From Ascidiella aspersa (Eukaryota): a stretch of DNA of 64,000 nt. This document shows positions 22,601 to 34,789 of the stretch, piece after piece (positions within the stretch are counted from its first letter, which is position 1; every line of letters begins with the position of its first letter). Below the pieces are notes generated by a model, which had not been told where the DNA came from, made no database searches, and saw only the letters and a program-made list of their open reading frames with translations. Location of the stretch: assembly GCA_963924565.1 (NCBI GenBank), contig OZ004615.1:6758001-6822000 (forward strand), written 5' to 3'. The translations under genes were made by a program, and so were the position numbers.

Positions 22601-23360
22601 GCGCTGAAAAGTTTGCTCTCCCAGGCCTTGTCGACTATGTCATTGAGGTCGACCGTGGGGTGCATCATCACAGATTCGTCTGCAATTACACGGGCTCATC
22701 ATCATACACACGTTCAAACGTAGATAACAGTTCGCGTATAAGTAACGGATCGAAAAGTATTCCGTGTAACGAGGCTTGGATCCACAAATAACTTAAAACC
22801 TCAAAAAATGCTATACATGAAGCCAGTTATAATGCGACGAAACAAACCTAGTACACAAAATAGATACGATTAATTGATCTTACAAGATCCACCGAGATAA
22901 ACTTAATATTATAGTGTTTGAGAAACAGGCTTATAAAAATTATTTGCCAGATTCCTTTAAACTCTTATTATTGCTGAGACGAGTTTTATATTTATAGCTT
23001 TAACTTAAGACTAAAGCTGTTCACAGTGTAATGCAATGACGGCAGCCACTTTAGCCCTTTCGGATTATCAAGTTGAAAAACAAACGATTTGACATTTTTA
23101 ATTTTTGATTTTTGCGTTACTACATTATTCCAATTGTATTAGTACAGTTGTGGAAAGGCATGTCAACTTTGCCAATACAACTTGTCTCACCAGTACCGTT
23201 AAACGTGCGAATTGCCAAACGACTGGTCTGTAGACGAGAGTTTACCTGAGGATAGCAGAACGACGGCGAGCACAACGAATCCGCAAACGGCCAGAATCAC
23301 GAGCAGCGCGATCATCATTCCTTTCCAGTTGCGCTGCTCCGGGTTGTTTCCAACCAGCTC
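7387..23360 (-). CDS. DPP6/10: Inactive dipeptidyl peptidase-like protein (DPP6/DPP10 family, S9B), span of 15 common exons
   Basis: join(23246-23360,22492-22679,21454-21581,18567-18766,17280-17446,16951-17039,16388-16577,15951-16061,14649-14949,12772-12948,12212-12278,11439-11630,10358-10512,9153-9290,7387-7610) = 2442 nt; all introns GT-AG, phases consistent, no internal stop. Family motifs: [14 protein letters not shown] followed by a TM helix, [45 protein letters not shown]. Confidence 0.95.
8022..8141 (-). rRNA. RNA5S: 5S rRNA (cassette 1, left copy)
   Basis: 120 nt GCCTACGACCATACCACG...GTACTTGGATGGGTGACCGCCTGGGAATACCGGGTGTTGTAGGCTT followed by a T-run Pol III terminator. Confidence 0.97.
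8142..8240. promoter_or_regulatory. 99-bp inter-5S spacer, putative bidirectional Pol III upstream element
   Basis: Reverse complement of the spacers in cassettes 2 and 3; TATAAAGG about 30 nt upstream of one gene and ATAAAT about 29 nt upstream of the other. Confidence 0.6.
8241..8360 (+). rRNA. RNA5S: 5S rRNA (cassette 1, right copy)
   Basis: Identical 120-nt 5S sequence with TTTT terminator. Confidence 0.97.
8765..9136. mobile_element. GACTT(G)-rich non-autonomous DNA element remnant
   Basis: Dense GACTT/GACTTG motifs ending in TTTACAACACTG; opposite-orientation relative at 20953-21105; left boundary approximate. Confidence 0.55.
9153..9290 (-). CDS. DPP6/10: DPP6/10-like exon (triad Asp)
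   Basis: [11 protein letters not shown]...LLVFHGLKD; CAG acceptor, GTAAGT donor. Confidence 0.92.
10358..10512 (-). CDS. DPP6/10: DPP6/10-like exon (nucleophile elbow GTGYGG)
   Basis: [11 protein letters not shown]...[16 protein letters not shown]; CAG acceptor, GTAAGT donor. Confidence 0.95.
10638..10757 (-). rRNA. RNA5S: 5S rRNA (cassette 2, left copy)
   Basis: Identical 120-nt 5S sequence with T-run terminator. Confidence 0.97.
10758..10856. promoter_or_regulatory. 99-bp inter-5S spacer
   Basis: TATAAAGG starts at 10827, i.e. -30 relative to the 5S start at 10857. Confidence 0.6.
10857..10976 (+). rRNA. RNA5S: 5S rRNA (cassette 2, right copy)
   Basis: Identical 120-nt 5S sequence with TTTT terminator. 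Confidence 0.97.
11439..11630 (-). CDS. DPP6/10: DPP6/10-like exon
   Basis: [12 protein letters not shown]...[10 protein letters not shown]...[12 protein letters not shown]; phase 2-2. Confidence 0.93.
12212..12278 (-). CDS. DPP6/10: DPP6/10-like exon
   Basis: [22 protein letters not shown]; TAG acceptor, GTAAGT donor. Confidence 0.88.
12772..12948 (-). CDS. DPP6/10: DPP6/10-like exon
   Basis: GPMVPYSSV...; continues the C-L-G|P motif; GTACGT donor phase-compatible with the next exon. Confidence 0.82.
13451..14279. mobile_element. hAT/Charlie-like MITE (host of a nested element)
   Basis: TIR CAGCGGTTCCCAAACT / AGTTTGGAAACCGCTG; TSD GTTTAGAA / GTTTAAAA (7 of 8). Confidence 0.85.
13610..14025. 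mobile_element. Nested hAT-type MITE
   Basis: TIR CAGGGTGGTCCA / TGGACCACCCTG; TSD TTCCAACT / TTCTAACT (7 of 8). Confidence 0.82.
14649..14949 (-). CDS. DPP6/10: DPP6/10-like exon
   Basis: [16 protein letters not shown]...ERHVYAV...KCLTC...CLYYDAKF...LLHCL; TAG acceptor, GTGAGT donor. Confidence 0.93.
15272..15391 (-). rRNA. RNA5S: 5S rRNA (cassette 3, left copy)
   Basis: Identical 120-nt 5S sequence with T-run terminator. Confidence 0.97.
15392..15490. promoter_or_regulatory. 99-bp inter-5S spacer
   Basis: Same orientation as the cassette 2 spacer, 5 substitutions by manual comparison. Confidence 0.6.
15491..15610 (+). rRNA. RNA5S: 5S rRNA (cassette 3, right copy)
   Basis: Identical 120-nt 5S sequence with TTTT terminator. 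Confidence 0.97.
15951..16061 (-). CDS. DPP6/10: DPP6/10-like exon
   Basis: [18 protein letters not shown]...[13 protein letters not shown]; phase 0-0. Confidence 0.9.
16388..16577 (-). CDS. DPP6/10: DPP6/10-like exon
   Basis: AVTWMRND...ITWSNRTQT...GGWIPNL; GTAAGT donor. Confidence 0.92.
16951..17039 (-). CDS. DPP6/10: DPP6/10-like exon
   Basis: [15 protein letters not shown]... (family motif GxxNPTV). Confidence 0.9.
17280..17446 (-). CDS. DPP6/10: DPP6/10-like exon
   Basis: [27 protein letters not shown]...YAK; [12 protein letters not shown] matches vertebrate DPP6 as I recall it. Confidence 0.96.
18567..18766 (-). CDS. DPP6/10: DPP6/10-like exon
   Basis: [23 protein letters not shown]...NGIADWLYE. 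Confidence 0.94.
19992..20351. mobile_element. hAT-type MITE (ATCGGT-rich family)
   Basis: Degenerate TIRs TAGGGATAT.. / ..ACATCCTTG; TSD CCAGCATA / CCAGCATG; right part similar to 46215-46293. Confidence 0.7.
20953..21105. mobile_element. AAGTC-rich element remnant (family of 8765-9136)
   Basis: Repeated CAAGTC motifs; boundaries approximate. Confidence 0.5.
21454..21581 (-). CDS. DPP6/10: DPP6/10-like exon
   Basis: [22 protein letters not shown]...YNASYFIYD. Confidence 0.92.
22492..22679 (-). CDS. DPP6/10: DPP6/10-like exon
   Basis: [10 protein letters not shown]...AKWMSG...IILANEKM; CAG acceptor, GTAAGT donor. Confidence 0.9.
23246..23360 (-). CDS. DPP6/10: DPP6/10-like first common exon (juxtamembrane region and TM helix)
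   Basis: [38 protein letters not shown]; phase-0 acceptor CTTTTTCCAG; compare DPP6 [23 protein letters not shown]. Confidence 0.95.
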
Positions 23361-25413
23361 CTGGAAAAAGGTGGCAACACCGTTTAAGTCGGATGCTTTT
23401 TAAGGGAACCGGTCCACATTAAAACGACAAAGAAAAGCTTTTATGCGAAGAGATTATTTTCTTTTGCCGCCACGCTTGGGCCGATGTTTCTTGTCAGGTT
23501 TTTCACTATTTCAGTCCACTTTTTGTGTTTTTGTTAAAACGCTCGATAACGGAACTGAGCATTGAGAGTCAATTCACACACATTTTTCGCAAAGAAGTTT
23601 CAGAAAAGTAGTCGAAAATTGGTCCTTTAGCTGCCTCTATACTAAGCAGAGTGAGAATTTCACAAAAAAAATGAATACCAGTGTAAGTTTTTACACTGGA
23701 GTCAAATAAATTAAACCGTTGAAAATGCCCAACTTCTGTTTTCTATATCTTATACGAAAAATAGAGTAAACTTAAAAATGAACGAAAACTTGAAGCCGAA
23801 CTTTTACAACGTGGAGGACCGCGTATATCGCTCACAGCGCATGCTTTTCATTGTCGAAAACAATCGCGAATAATCACGGTCTACTGCCTACGAGCTTGCC
23901 GTTATTCCCGTGACTGTACTTTCAATTTCCCGATTCATTTACCGGAAATTTGCGGTCGGTACAGCAATGATATTACGAAAATAGCTTTTGCTATTCGATA
24001 AAGTTTCACAATTGATGACCATCTTTAAATATTGGCTGCAACGAACATTCAAAATGTCTTCCTCTGACAGCCTGTTTTTATATTAATTTTATTATTATTT
24101 TGCTATGTATAATATGTATTTTACTTTACTTATGGTAACTGACGATGTTCTTCCATTTCATGGTAGGCGAACTATATATTTCATTAAAAAATATCTGAAC
24201 CTTGTTTACCCTGGTTTTAAGATTGATTTTTTGTTTGTGAATGATTTAAAAACTAGTGTTTTTCGAAATAGTTTTTAGTGGTATTAAATCAAAGGGAGGG
24301 TTTAATATTTTCAACCAACTTGCAGCGAAATTAAATTTAACTTGATTTTTTAAATTGCAAACTTGTATATCAATTATAGTAAGAATGTATTTCTTTTGCT
24401 TGCGCATAGATTGCGTTTTAAACAGAAATTTTAAAGCCTGTTTTGCTTGGTTATAAAGTGAACAAAAAACACAAAATTTGAACAGCCAAAGATTTCGTGT
24501 AACAACACAGATCGGCAATAAAATGTCGGATTTAGGAAACGACATTGACAATTTACAGAGACGCGTTCAACTGATGGCTATAAATTATGCACAAAGCTTC
24601 GAGCGACGTATTCTCCAATACGGCAAGTCTATTATACTTATATTATTGCTATCAATCGATCTACTGTATACTAAAATCTGAATAATAGATCCAATTAAAA
24701 TCGTAGAGAAGAATGGCAATGAATCCCTATTCATGTTTCGTTTTCACTATTCAATTTGATTGAAATACATATCCGCGTAACATATGCCCATTTTTTATGA
24801 ATATATAGGAATAGAGAACTGGTTATTGAGCGCACATATGTTTGACGTTGTTGCGGACAAGACCTGACCTCTTTCTTTGGAAGATAACACGAGAAATCGA
24901 TAATTATGAAAAGAGTCCAATTGCCACATAAATGAATGGCAGATACAAAACACTTTATTGAGTATAGATAGTTCTTTTCAACCAATCATTTATAGCTTAT
25001 AAGTTGTGCTAAAGGTTTAACTGAAAATTATATTTCGTACTTAACTTTTCGAATCGCGAAGTCTAAGTATATAATAATTATAACTTTGATAAAAACGCGT
25101 ATCAGGGTAGCTTTGAGTCTTGTGCACAAGATAGTAAATCCGCCCGACTTTGTCAATCGTTTTTCGGCAGGCGATTAACTATTTGTGTCGGTCCATTACC
25201 ATTAAACACTCTACACACCACAAGGTACGCAATCATTCCTCCAAAATGGCGTTCCGAGGTGGAAAGATATCGCCGTGAAAACTAATATCGCACCAGCAGT
25301 AATCTCAAAGACACCAAAAGTCAAACGAAAAATAGGAGTGTAACCTATGACGTACCATCAGTCCTCATATTGACGTATATGACGTTTGTTTAAGTGGAAA
25401 ACCGATGGCTCAC

Positions 25414-25431
25414 CTGAACCTTTTTTAACAT
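25414..25431 (-). CDS. DPP6/10: Candidate alternative first exon A (MLKKVQ)
   Basis: ATG followed by a strong CAG|GTGAGC donor in phase 0; very short, so could be chance. Confidence 0.4.
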
Positions 25432-25642
25432 ATATACACAGCGTTCTCGATAATAAACTTTGTTAAGAACGGGATTAGTGCTAGGGTGATTGCGTGCGCT
25501 AGGGTGACAAAGTGACATTCAGCGAGCTATATAGGAAGACGAAGAGTGTACCGAGAACGAATGGTCTACTACAAGCAGCTTTGTTTCTTAGGTTGGGTTT
25601 AACATTAGCAAAACTGTGCCACATAAAGCCAATAGAGTATAC

Positions 25643-25798
25643 CTCGTCTGTTCCGTCTTCCAGCGAGCTAACGACGTCGTGCGAGCCCTTGGTTTTGATG
25701 AAGGCGCGTTTGGGCGCATCAAGGCCGGATACACGCCTTGCGCGGGGTAAGATGGGTGAACAGGCCGTGTAAAGGTGGGGGCGCGTGGCTGCCAGCAT
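25643..25798 (-). CDS. DPP6/10: Candidate alternative first exon B (52 aa, MLAATRPHLY...SLEDGTDE)
   Basis: GC-rich ATG-initiated frame; GAG|GTATAC donor in phase 0; acidic end reminiscent of the long DPP6 N-terminus. Confidence 0.55.
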
Positions 25799-27112
25799 TT
25801 CAATGCCCGTTTGGTTCTATATTGCACTATGCACTTGAAAAAACGAGAGATTTTGAAGAGCAGCGACAAATATCGAGCAGCATTTACTGCTGTATTGGCA
25901 GAATACGTTTTGTTTTGGATTACGCAAAAGCTGTTAGTGCTTTAATAGGACGGCTGCCTTTACTCCTTGGGTGGTTGCTATCTGTTATCTAGACTTTGCA
26001 TATTGCTTGGCTGGTAGCTTACACAATACTGGTTCTGGCTGCGCTTTACCATTTCACGTTTAGGTAGCAATTACTAACGAACCTCTTAAGGGTAATTAGC
26101 ACGAGATTACGTTTGCGAATTTCATTCTGTCAAAACGATGGATAATAAAATACTATATTTTACGATAAAGCTGAACGTCGCCAAAGTATGCAACAAGTTG
26201 CGCCTCAAAACATCATTTCGTGTAAAACTGCACCATCGGACAACGATGGGTTTAAAAGCCATGGAGCTTCCCTACAGCGTTATATTTCGAGCAACATAAA
26301 TGCTACATGAAGAAATATAAATTAATAATAAGCTCTAAATATATGTTAGTGTTTTAAACACTGCCGGTCCCCTATTTCTCCCAGGCGTTTAGGTGCTTTC
26401 TGAATTCTGCATATGTGACTGGTTTGTGTAGTTTGCGCTAATATGCTCTTTCTAAAACGTCTTCAGTAACCTAAACAGACGTCGCGCAGTTGACCTACAA
26501 CAACTCACGAACTAACCTAATTAATATTTCGCGTCTGCTTTTCGTTAAGCGTCTTGAACCGATATGGCCTTCGCTCCTTTACCTGGCTCAAATCGTAACG
26601 ACTCTATCCAGTACACGGGTGATTTTCGCTTAACTCGATTTGGACGCCGACTGTTATAAGGCGGTCATAAAATATTAAAAATCCACTGTAACGATTGCCT
26701 ATAGCCAGAAACCTGTGCGTTCCAGCACACTGGCAAACTGGCAAGTTTTATGGCAACTCCTCGATCTCCAGTCTTACGCAACGATTGCTGTTACGCAACC
26801 TTTCTCCCGTTGGTTTTGCCACAACTCAATTCCAATTGGAAAATCGGCGAGATCGCAAACGAAAAACAAGGTGATTGAGACGCCACAAGCAGATCCCATG
26901 TGACTGAAGTGCAGTAGGTCAAAGTTGGACTGACCTGACAAAGCATGACAACTGTGTTTGACTACTCAACAATGCTGTTCAGACACTTCTGGATATTGTG
27001 TGACGTTACTGCTGAAAGGTAAAGGGATTTTGCCTAGATTTTCTTAATTTCCTGAACAGACTAAATATATAATGTCAGACTGCTTTCCAGTATTTTTCCT
27101 GCTTTAGCTAGA

Positions 27113-27378
27113 TGCTCAAGGGTGAAACGTTAAGTAAAGGCTCTGGTGTCTATCAATGTAAATTCCGTAACGGGCTAATGGTATAATAATACTACAGAAC
27201 TGATTCGGTACTTATCCTGACCAAAGACTACTGCTCAAAAGGGTGAAACGTTAGTTAAATGCACAATATTAGTACAGTCGACGCTAGAAATGGTAAATTC
27301 CGAACCGGACTGAAGGTATAATACCACAGTAGTGCCTCGGCACTTATCCTGACTACAGCTTACTGCTTAAAAGGTTAA
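27113..27378. repeat. Diverged tandem duplication, units of about 120-130 bp
   Basis: TGCTCAA..GGGTGAAACGTTA...GTAAATTCCG...GGTATAATA...ACTTATCCTGAC occurs twice (from 27113 and 27232), with the start of a third unit. Confidence 0.8.
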
Positions 27379-30300
27379 TGACCAGGCGCCTATCGGTAAA
27401 CGACGGGCGACGCTGGACATGCCTTGCTGTTTCTGATGCGCAAGAGTTTCGGCAGCCAGCAAAAAGACCTCGAAGGAGCGCTAGAAATGCAGAAACCACG
27501 ACGGTTTACTTACGACCGCAGTGGCGCAATTCCCGCGAGATCCATTAAATATGTGCGGTCGATTTTTTTTCGACTGGCAAGGGTGCCGAGTAGGCGGACG
27601 ACGAAGTGATGTGTCAAATTGGAAGAGGGCCGGCAGTCAATAAATTCTCGCCGTCCCTGACGACGATGGCCTTTTGCGCCTCGCCTTTTGCTACTTTCTT
27701 CGTCCGCGCTCCTGAGATCTAATCGCCATCTGCATTTGTCTCAATCGGATTACGGGCAGGAGAAAAACCGACGCGACGCTTGTTTGCTATTCTCATCAAC
27801 CGAAAGGGGCTCAGAACATTTTAAATCTCTGTTGTACTCTCGGGGACAAGACGAAACGCAGAAGCAATCTTGATCAAAACACCACGCCGTATATGAAAGT
27901 CGTATATACTGGCTTGCACATCTGATCGCCAAAACTAATTTCAAATGGTCACATTTACTTTAAACTAGCGTAAGCATAACAACCGATCGTGTCACGCCCT
28001 TGGAATTCAAGTACCAACTGCACTGTCGAGCCGGTGATAAGACACTGACTGGTTTATGGTCGTTAATATTTCGACCACAACTACTACACCACTGACAACG
28101 AACATACGCCGCATATAGATAACTTTTTCCCCGAACAGAACAACAAGAACCATGTTTAACTCTATACAAAACGAAAACCCTGGAAAATTCGCCGCCCGAC
28201 TTTGAACAATCAATTTAGAATGATTAATGGCCGCGCCGAATCTGTATGACGGCTTTGAAAGTCTGCAAGATGTCAACTGACGGCAGGCATTGTGAAGCGC
28301 TCCTAATATACACATGCAGAGCGCACAGGCCGCGTCGAGGATCGCAAAAGCGCATGCAGGGGCATTAATTTATATTGCAACAAATTCGTCGACGCGGCGG
28401 CTGCGGTCGGTCCGGGTCATTTGCGTTTGCGAAAATACACTTGGCCGTCGATTGGGCCCGAGATAAGCCGGGCGTCAGAGTGAAGGTACGAAGGGTGGGT
28501 TATGAATTTTTTATGAGTGGCGAGCTGAACTATACATAGTTGCACGATTCGACGACAGTTTGCCGTAGACAAAGGATGCGGAAGAGGGGGGTGGTAGTGG
28601 CGGATCCACGGGGAGAGTTCATTGCACACACATCTTGCCCCAAAATTATATATTTACCTATTTTGCCTGCACAAACGTCATTTTTTTTTTTATGAAACTG
28701 ATAAGACGTTTTGGGAAAATCCCTAACTGCATGTTTCTGTTTTCCGCATTTTGCCCAAATGTTTACATTTTTAATCGAGAGTGTAACGGGCCTATATAAA
28801 TTACAATAATTGGGCTGACTTAAAATTTTAAGGGCTTCAAAATACTAACTTTAACCTAAAACGATAAACGCACGGTATGACAATTTAGCTTTGCGCGAAC
28901 GTTTTGCGTGTTTTTCTGTTCATCTGTGGAACTACGGGCCCCATAACTTATCCGCTAAAATCATCTTGATAAATCACAATATATTTAGTAACGTGCTAAT
29001 ATTGATCGCAACCTAAAGGCGAAGTTCGCCTAAATTACGGTTTTGTCAATGTAGACTGCTAATACTTTCGCTCAAACGCGAATGCTTGTTTCCATTTCCT
29101 ATAATATATTTCGCCCTCTGTCAGTTGCACATTGGCGCGCGAGTTTGACAGGCATCAAAAAGTTGCTGAATGTTACCTGTATCATGAACACGGTACTACG
29201 TAACTTGTAACGCCATCTTTAAATAGTTTCATGTCCCGAAAACATGCAAACAGAAAACGTCCTACATCCGCACCTGGCGAGAAGGCATCGAGAGCAAAGA
29301 CAACAGTCGACAAACAGAAGGATTTAATTGTGAGAGTTTAGCAACGAAATCCACAGCTTCCTGGTGACTGTAAAAACATCAATTTGGAAAATGCTTACAG
29401 TGAGTTTTCGCCATTTTTGGTCGAGTGTGGCCTTTCTTGTAACAATGGGAATCAAAGTATTGGAACTAAAAGGCAACACGCAGTCCATAATAATTTATTG
29501 ATTCGTTGTAAAATCACAACCGCTACCATATTCATATGATCAAAACAAAATGGCGTTATGCGAAATCCTCCTGTCTGAAATGATCAGGCAGAAACATACC
29601 TAGAGATCATCTGGTTGAAGTTTGAGTGTATAAAATTTTACCGATTCCACGTCCCATGAGTAACAGATATCTGATAAGGTGTACCGCATTTCAAATGTCC
29701 ATTTCACAAACATACTCTGCAAGTCGGCCTGACAAAGGCATAACCTCGGACACCAAAATAAATTGCGCTTGTACGCCACCATGCGGTTGGCCATTAGAAT
29801 AATGTCGGCCACCAGATGTCGCCATCAATCGTGAAGGCAATAATAAGTTTAGGACACTGCTCTGACGTTGCTAGTGTGAGTATAGGTGAACGACTAAAGC
29901 CAATTCAGACAACATAGCTTGGCAGTTGGCTTATAGCAAAAATACTAAGCCATGTGGGTAGTCGTTTAGTTGTTCAGCACATCTAGTATATATGCAAGAA
30001 TGACGGGTTGACGCAGAGCTCCAAGTTTTAAAATAACAAAATAGTTTTGGGTACGTTAGATTTTTAGAGTTTTTTAACGTTAATCGTACGTTATTTATTT
30101 TACGTAGCCGAAGAGAAAAATCGACTTGACTTTGTCTTTTCAATATAATGTTACAATTGATCGCCCTGTTTCACATTTTATAAAGCGACGGGAAATCAAT
30201 ACGTCTGTCCCAAAATAGTTTGGGATCACACCTAGCTGGCAACCAGAGATGATCTAAAACAGCATTCTCGAAAAAAACTAGTTAAGCAACAGGTGCATTT

Positions 30301-33300
30301 CTTGTATCAGGTGCATTTCAAGTCTATTTACAGCATTTCGATATGGTATTGGCGAGGTGTGACGATGTTATTGACGCACTGGCCTCTAATAACATGCTAC
30401 AATGCACCAGGAAATTGGGTTGTGTGCACATCCTTGGTTGACCAATAATAACAAAACAATAAATTTGTTAAATTGTTGGGCACAAAGCGAACAACTAAAT
30501 TCGAAACTGGTGTTAAAAGTAACGTTTTGTATTCCTTGTAATGGTTTGGCGCAGTGGTTTCGCAACCTTTTGTACTTTTTTTGGTATTTTTGCGACACCC
30601 TATACAGAAATAAGAAATAGTAAGCGGTATCCTTACTGGGATTTTGGCCACGTGGTTTATGTAACGTCCCGAAAAACAAGATTAAAACAGCACACATATC
30701 AACTGTGCACAAGGCTGAAACTTTCTTAGTAATAGTTGCACTCTAATCGTACACAAAACATCGCATCAAGAAGATTACTGAATAATAAATTTGAAATCAA
30801 AGGGAATAGAAATATATCTCGGCAGTATAGCAGAATGCTGGCGACTTGGCGACTATGTCCGCTGAAGAAACAGCCAGAAAACCGAATAAATTTAGGCTAA
30901 CAAAATATATATTGTTTTTTTTAGACCAAAATGCTTGTCACCAGAAGGCTGGCAAGATTCTGTCAGCACTCTTATTCATTAAAAATGGGGCCTCAATAGG
31001 GTTGCCGCGGCACCCTGGTTGGAACCACTGTTCTAGTGAGTCAGACGTCAATTCCCTATTATTTTATGTTTCCATGTATAATTTATCGTCTGCGAAGTTT
31101 TCCGCGTCTTGCCTGCGTTGTTTATGACGCATTCATAAACAGAAAGATACAAAAAGTTTCGAAACCCAATTGGAGCATAAAACTGTTTTGCGTTCTAACA
31201 CAGGACAAACAACGTTGCATATAGTCAACATGTCACCAAGAAATGGGTCTATCTTAAAAAGCTGTTTGCCAGCTCGACGTCGTGTACAGAGAGTATCACA
31301 GGGTAGCAGGAAAAACCCTAAATAATGTGAGTCTATGCTTCTCAGTTATGAAACATTGTAAAGACGTTACGCATAAATCGCTTTAGGTGAAAAACCCTTT
31401 GTTGTAATATGACATGAAAGGCGTGCGAAGTCGAATACAAAGCGTAAAGTTCCCAGTTATGCACCGCAGTGTCATCTCTTCCAAATAGGAAATTGATGTT
31501 TCCGCACTTTCTCCGATACAAAACGTCACTTATCAAGGAGCAAAAATACAAACGGGTATTTCCTTGAAACCGTCGTTACCTTATTTTAAAACGGGGAACT
31601 ATAGTTCGGGGAGGTGCAAAGCCACATTGGACACGACGTAAAATCCCTGATCGACTTTTGCGGCACTTTGGCAAGGGTGGTTTTCCAAATGCTTCCCAGA
31701 AATAACACTATATACATATCGCGAAACACCTTTCGGCTCATCGGCTTTGTACAGTCAACTAATGTATTTATTAAAAAAATAAGTACACATTCCCCAACTT
31801 GCGTGATAGGTTTATTGTTCTAGGTAAACACTTTTGATTTTAAATAATGACTACACGGAAATGCAGTTGTCATTTCGAATCAAATCAGTTTCCATTTTCT
31901 AGTACAATAAACGACAAATTCGGAATCACCATTGTTTTAATCAAAACATAGTATTATATGTAACGTATATTCATGATATCTACATAAGTTACATCCTTAA
32001 GAGAATTGATATGTAACCGCAGGCGTAATACGATATTGAATGTACGTAAACATTCCTATATTAGTTCTTAAAAATACGCGAAACTTTCACTAGACAAGCG
32101 TCCACATACCGAAAGGAATATGGAATTCTAACGAAACTAATCAAACACATAAAGCGAGAGGATAATAAATAATTAAGGCAATTCCCAATCGTTTCCCCAA
32201 TATAACGGCAAGTCAAGATCGCGATCGCGAACGCTTGATCTCTTTTAGGTCGCCATCAATTCGACCGCTTATCAATATTTCATAGGCCGAGCCTAAAACA
32301 AGGAAGGAAAAACTCGCGCGGCGCAAGCAAGCAAACAACAGGCGTTATCTGACTGGCGGCTGTGCAGCACGCGTGTAATTTATCCCCGATCGTTATTTTC
32401 CGCCTATGTTACGGATTGCGGAAAAAATCAAGGGGGGGTGGGGGGTATGGCGCGGCTGGCACGATGATTTCATCCGGGGGAAAATAGAACCGCACCGTAC
32501 GTGCACATGTCGGTAAAATGCGGATCGATCGTAGTGCGATAGCAGAAAGGACTAATGGCATAGAGGCAGTAGCAGGCTTTTGCGAGTCGTATCAACTCTG
32601 CTTGCCTCACAGTCTAAACACGCGGGGCTTTTAGGCCCCGTTCGGTAATGGGGTCAGTGCGATTTAAAGACCCTTGACACCCAGCCATCACACCCACCGA
32701 GAAAAGGGCTTGGGAATACACTGCAAAATTTCGATCGACAGAAACACAACATTCGACAAAAGGTTCGTAATATTGGAGGGCATTAAAGCAGGCCATTTTG
32801 GATTTTGCATATGGTTTTATTTCGGTGTAATCAACTGTTTTTTAAAACATTTTCAACAAAACAGGCTATTTCCACCAAACACCATTCATACATGTACAAC
32901 AGAATCGGGCGCCACGATAAATAACAAAACGTCGGTACCAAAATATGATTTTCAGTGTTAGAAAGGGGTGCTTCTTGTACACCAAGAGCCATATAAAATT
33001 GGCCTCAAATGTTATGTAAAAAATACATCAAAATATACTATTTAAATATAATAAAGATATTCAAACGAGCTCTTAGCCTAACCCTATACCTGAAGTAGAA
33101 CATCCTCAGGTATGTCAGCCACTTACTTAAACAGAATCAAAAGTTTGGCCACATGCTAAAACGGCGCAAACTTTTTTCAGACTTAAATGGGCGGGGGCGC
33201 CATATCGGAAATCTGGACCTGGTTGTAGGCCCGTGTAGGGTTAATTCTATTAATATTATAAACAACACATTGACTAGTTACAGTAAGCAACGACCGTAAA

Positions 33301-34789
33301 GCAAATGAGAACAACCAAGTACGACGTCAATAGATATATTATTTGAAAGGTTTATTTTACCATCCATTCTTACCAGTACGTTTCCCTGCATGGGAGTAGT
33401 CTTCATAACAGGTTGTCGCTTGATGCCAAACAAAGTAAAACGCCTGGCTCTGTTAAAGGAGCCAGCCGTCAGCGCGGCCTTACTCATAACTAGCGATTGC
33501 CTGGGTTAGGGCACTCTGCATTGAAAAGCAACAAAGGCTGTAAAACTCAAGATAAAAAAGAAACGTACACACACAAAAGTCGGAAAAAATACGGCAAATG
33601 CTTTTTAGAAGAATCCTGAAGAAACTTTGTAAATATTTATTCACAACAAGTCTGTGTAGATTGGCTTAGACTTTTCGAATAATATTTTTCTAATAAATCG
33701 TGATTTCAAAACCTGAATAATACAACCAATACCTGCCATAGCTTTGTTTTGTTCTTTTTGCTATGCTCACTGACTCCTAATTACTTTGCAGCGAAAAGCA
33801 ACCGCTTTCCGGCAAAGTAGAATTGAATTCCCCTTTCCGGCCAGTGACATTCTGAGCACAACAAAAAGCGGCGGGAGTGGTAGAGGGTCGTCGGTGCGTT
33901 TATTTTTAAAAAAAACGAACGAAAAACGGCGTATTTACTTCGACGACGCCTGTTGGCCTTCTGGTCCCGGAAAGACAACATCAAGGAAATAGGCCAATTT
34001 TAAGGCCATTTGAGAAGCCGTTGGTTCTCTGGTTTAACAACGTTTGTTGGTTATTGTTAACTCTTCGCTAGCAAACGGAACCGTTCTTAAAGAAGGCGAC
34101 GCTTTTATGTGCATTCCTTTCGCTTTCAAGGTACAAAACGAGTAAACAGAAAATAGGCCAAAAACAGGGTGCCGGCCACTATTTGAGCGGCCACGTAAAC
34201 GGGCCTTCAAACCCCGGAGAGAAATCAAGTGCGTTTAAGGCGTGACGGCTTGTCAATTTGCAGCCATCTTTCGTCATGATTGGTTTACCGGGTGGCCGTG
34301 GAAATGCCGATCTCAAAATGCCCCTTTTGGATTTTTCGCTAAATCGCAGATCGTGTTTCACACTCACGTTTAGCTTCCATTTTTTAAATGGTACTTGTTT
34401 TTTTGTTCCAGTGTTTGACTTTGTGTAACGCCAAATGAGTCACGTTCAATTGGGAAAGTTTCGAAGGTTTTTTAAAATACGCCTGGACCATTTCTCAATC
34501 ATTTTTTTTTTTCAGGATAAAAAATAGAGCGAAAAGGGGTTGCTTTTCAAATTCACATGTTACGGGGAGAAACAATCACCAATAAGTTGTTAAAATAGGT
34601 ACTTGGAACTTCGAAAATTGTCCAGGTAAATTGCTCTTATACTGTATGCTGCCTTTTTTTAAATAGGTTTTTAAGTCTGAGTTTATTGAAGTCAACATAA
34701 TACACATTCGTTTTAAAACTATGTGATAATTTACACCTTTAAATGGTGACTGTGGAAAAACATCGTAAATTAAAACAAGCAGTTTCTAT

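Noticed and set aside
23191-23245. Extension of the TM exon to the GTGAGA donor near 23190
   Set aside because: Read-through meets an in-frame TAA.
24478-24681. Helical-looking plus-strand ORF (MSDLGNDIDNLQRRVQ...)
   Set aside because: No recognisable family and no compatible downstream exon.
27514-27545. Minus-strand ATG...GTAAGT segment as a DPP first exon
   Set aside because: The ATG frame ends in phase 2, and the phase-0 frame has no ATG before a stop.
33785-33850. Another phase-0 candidate first exon (MSLAGKGNSILLCRKAVAFRCK)
   Set aside because: Weak AAA|GTAATT donor; indistinguishable from chance.
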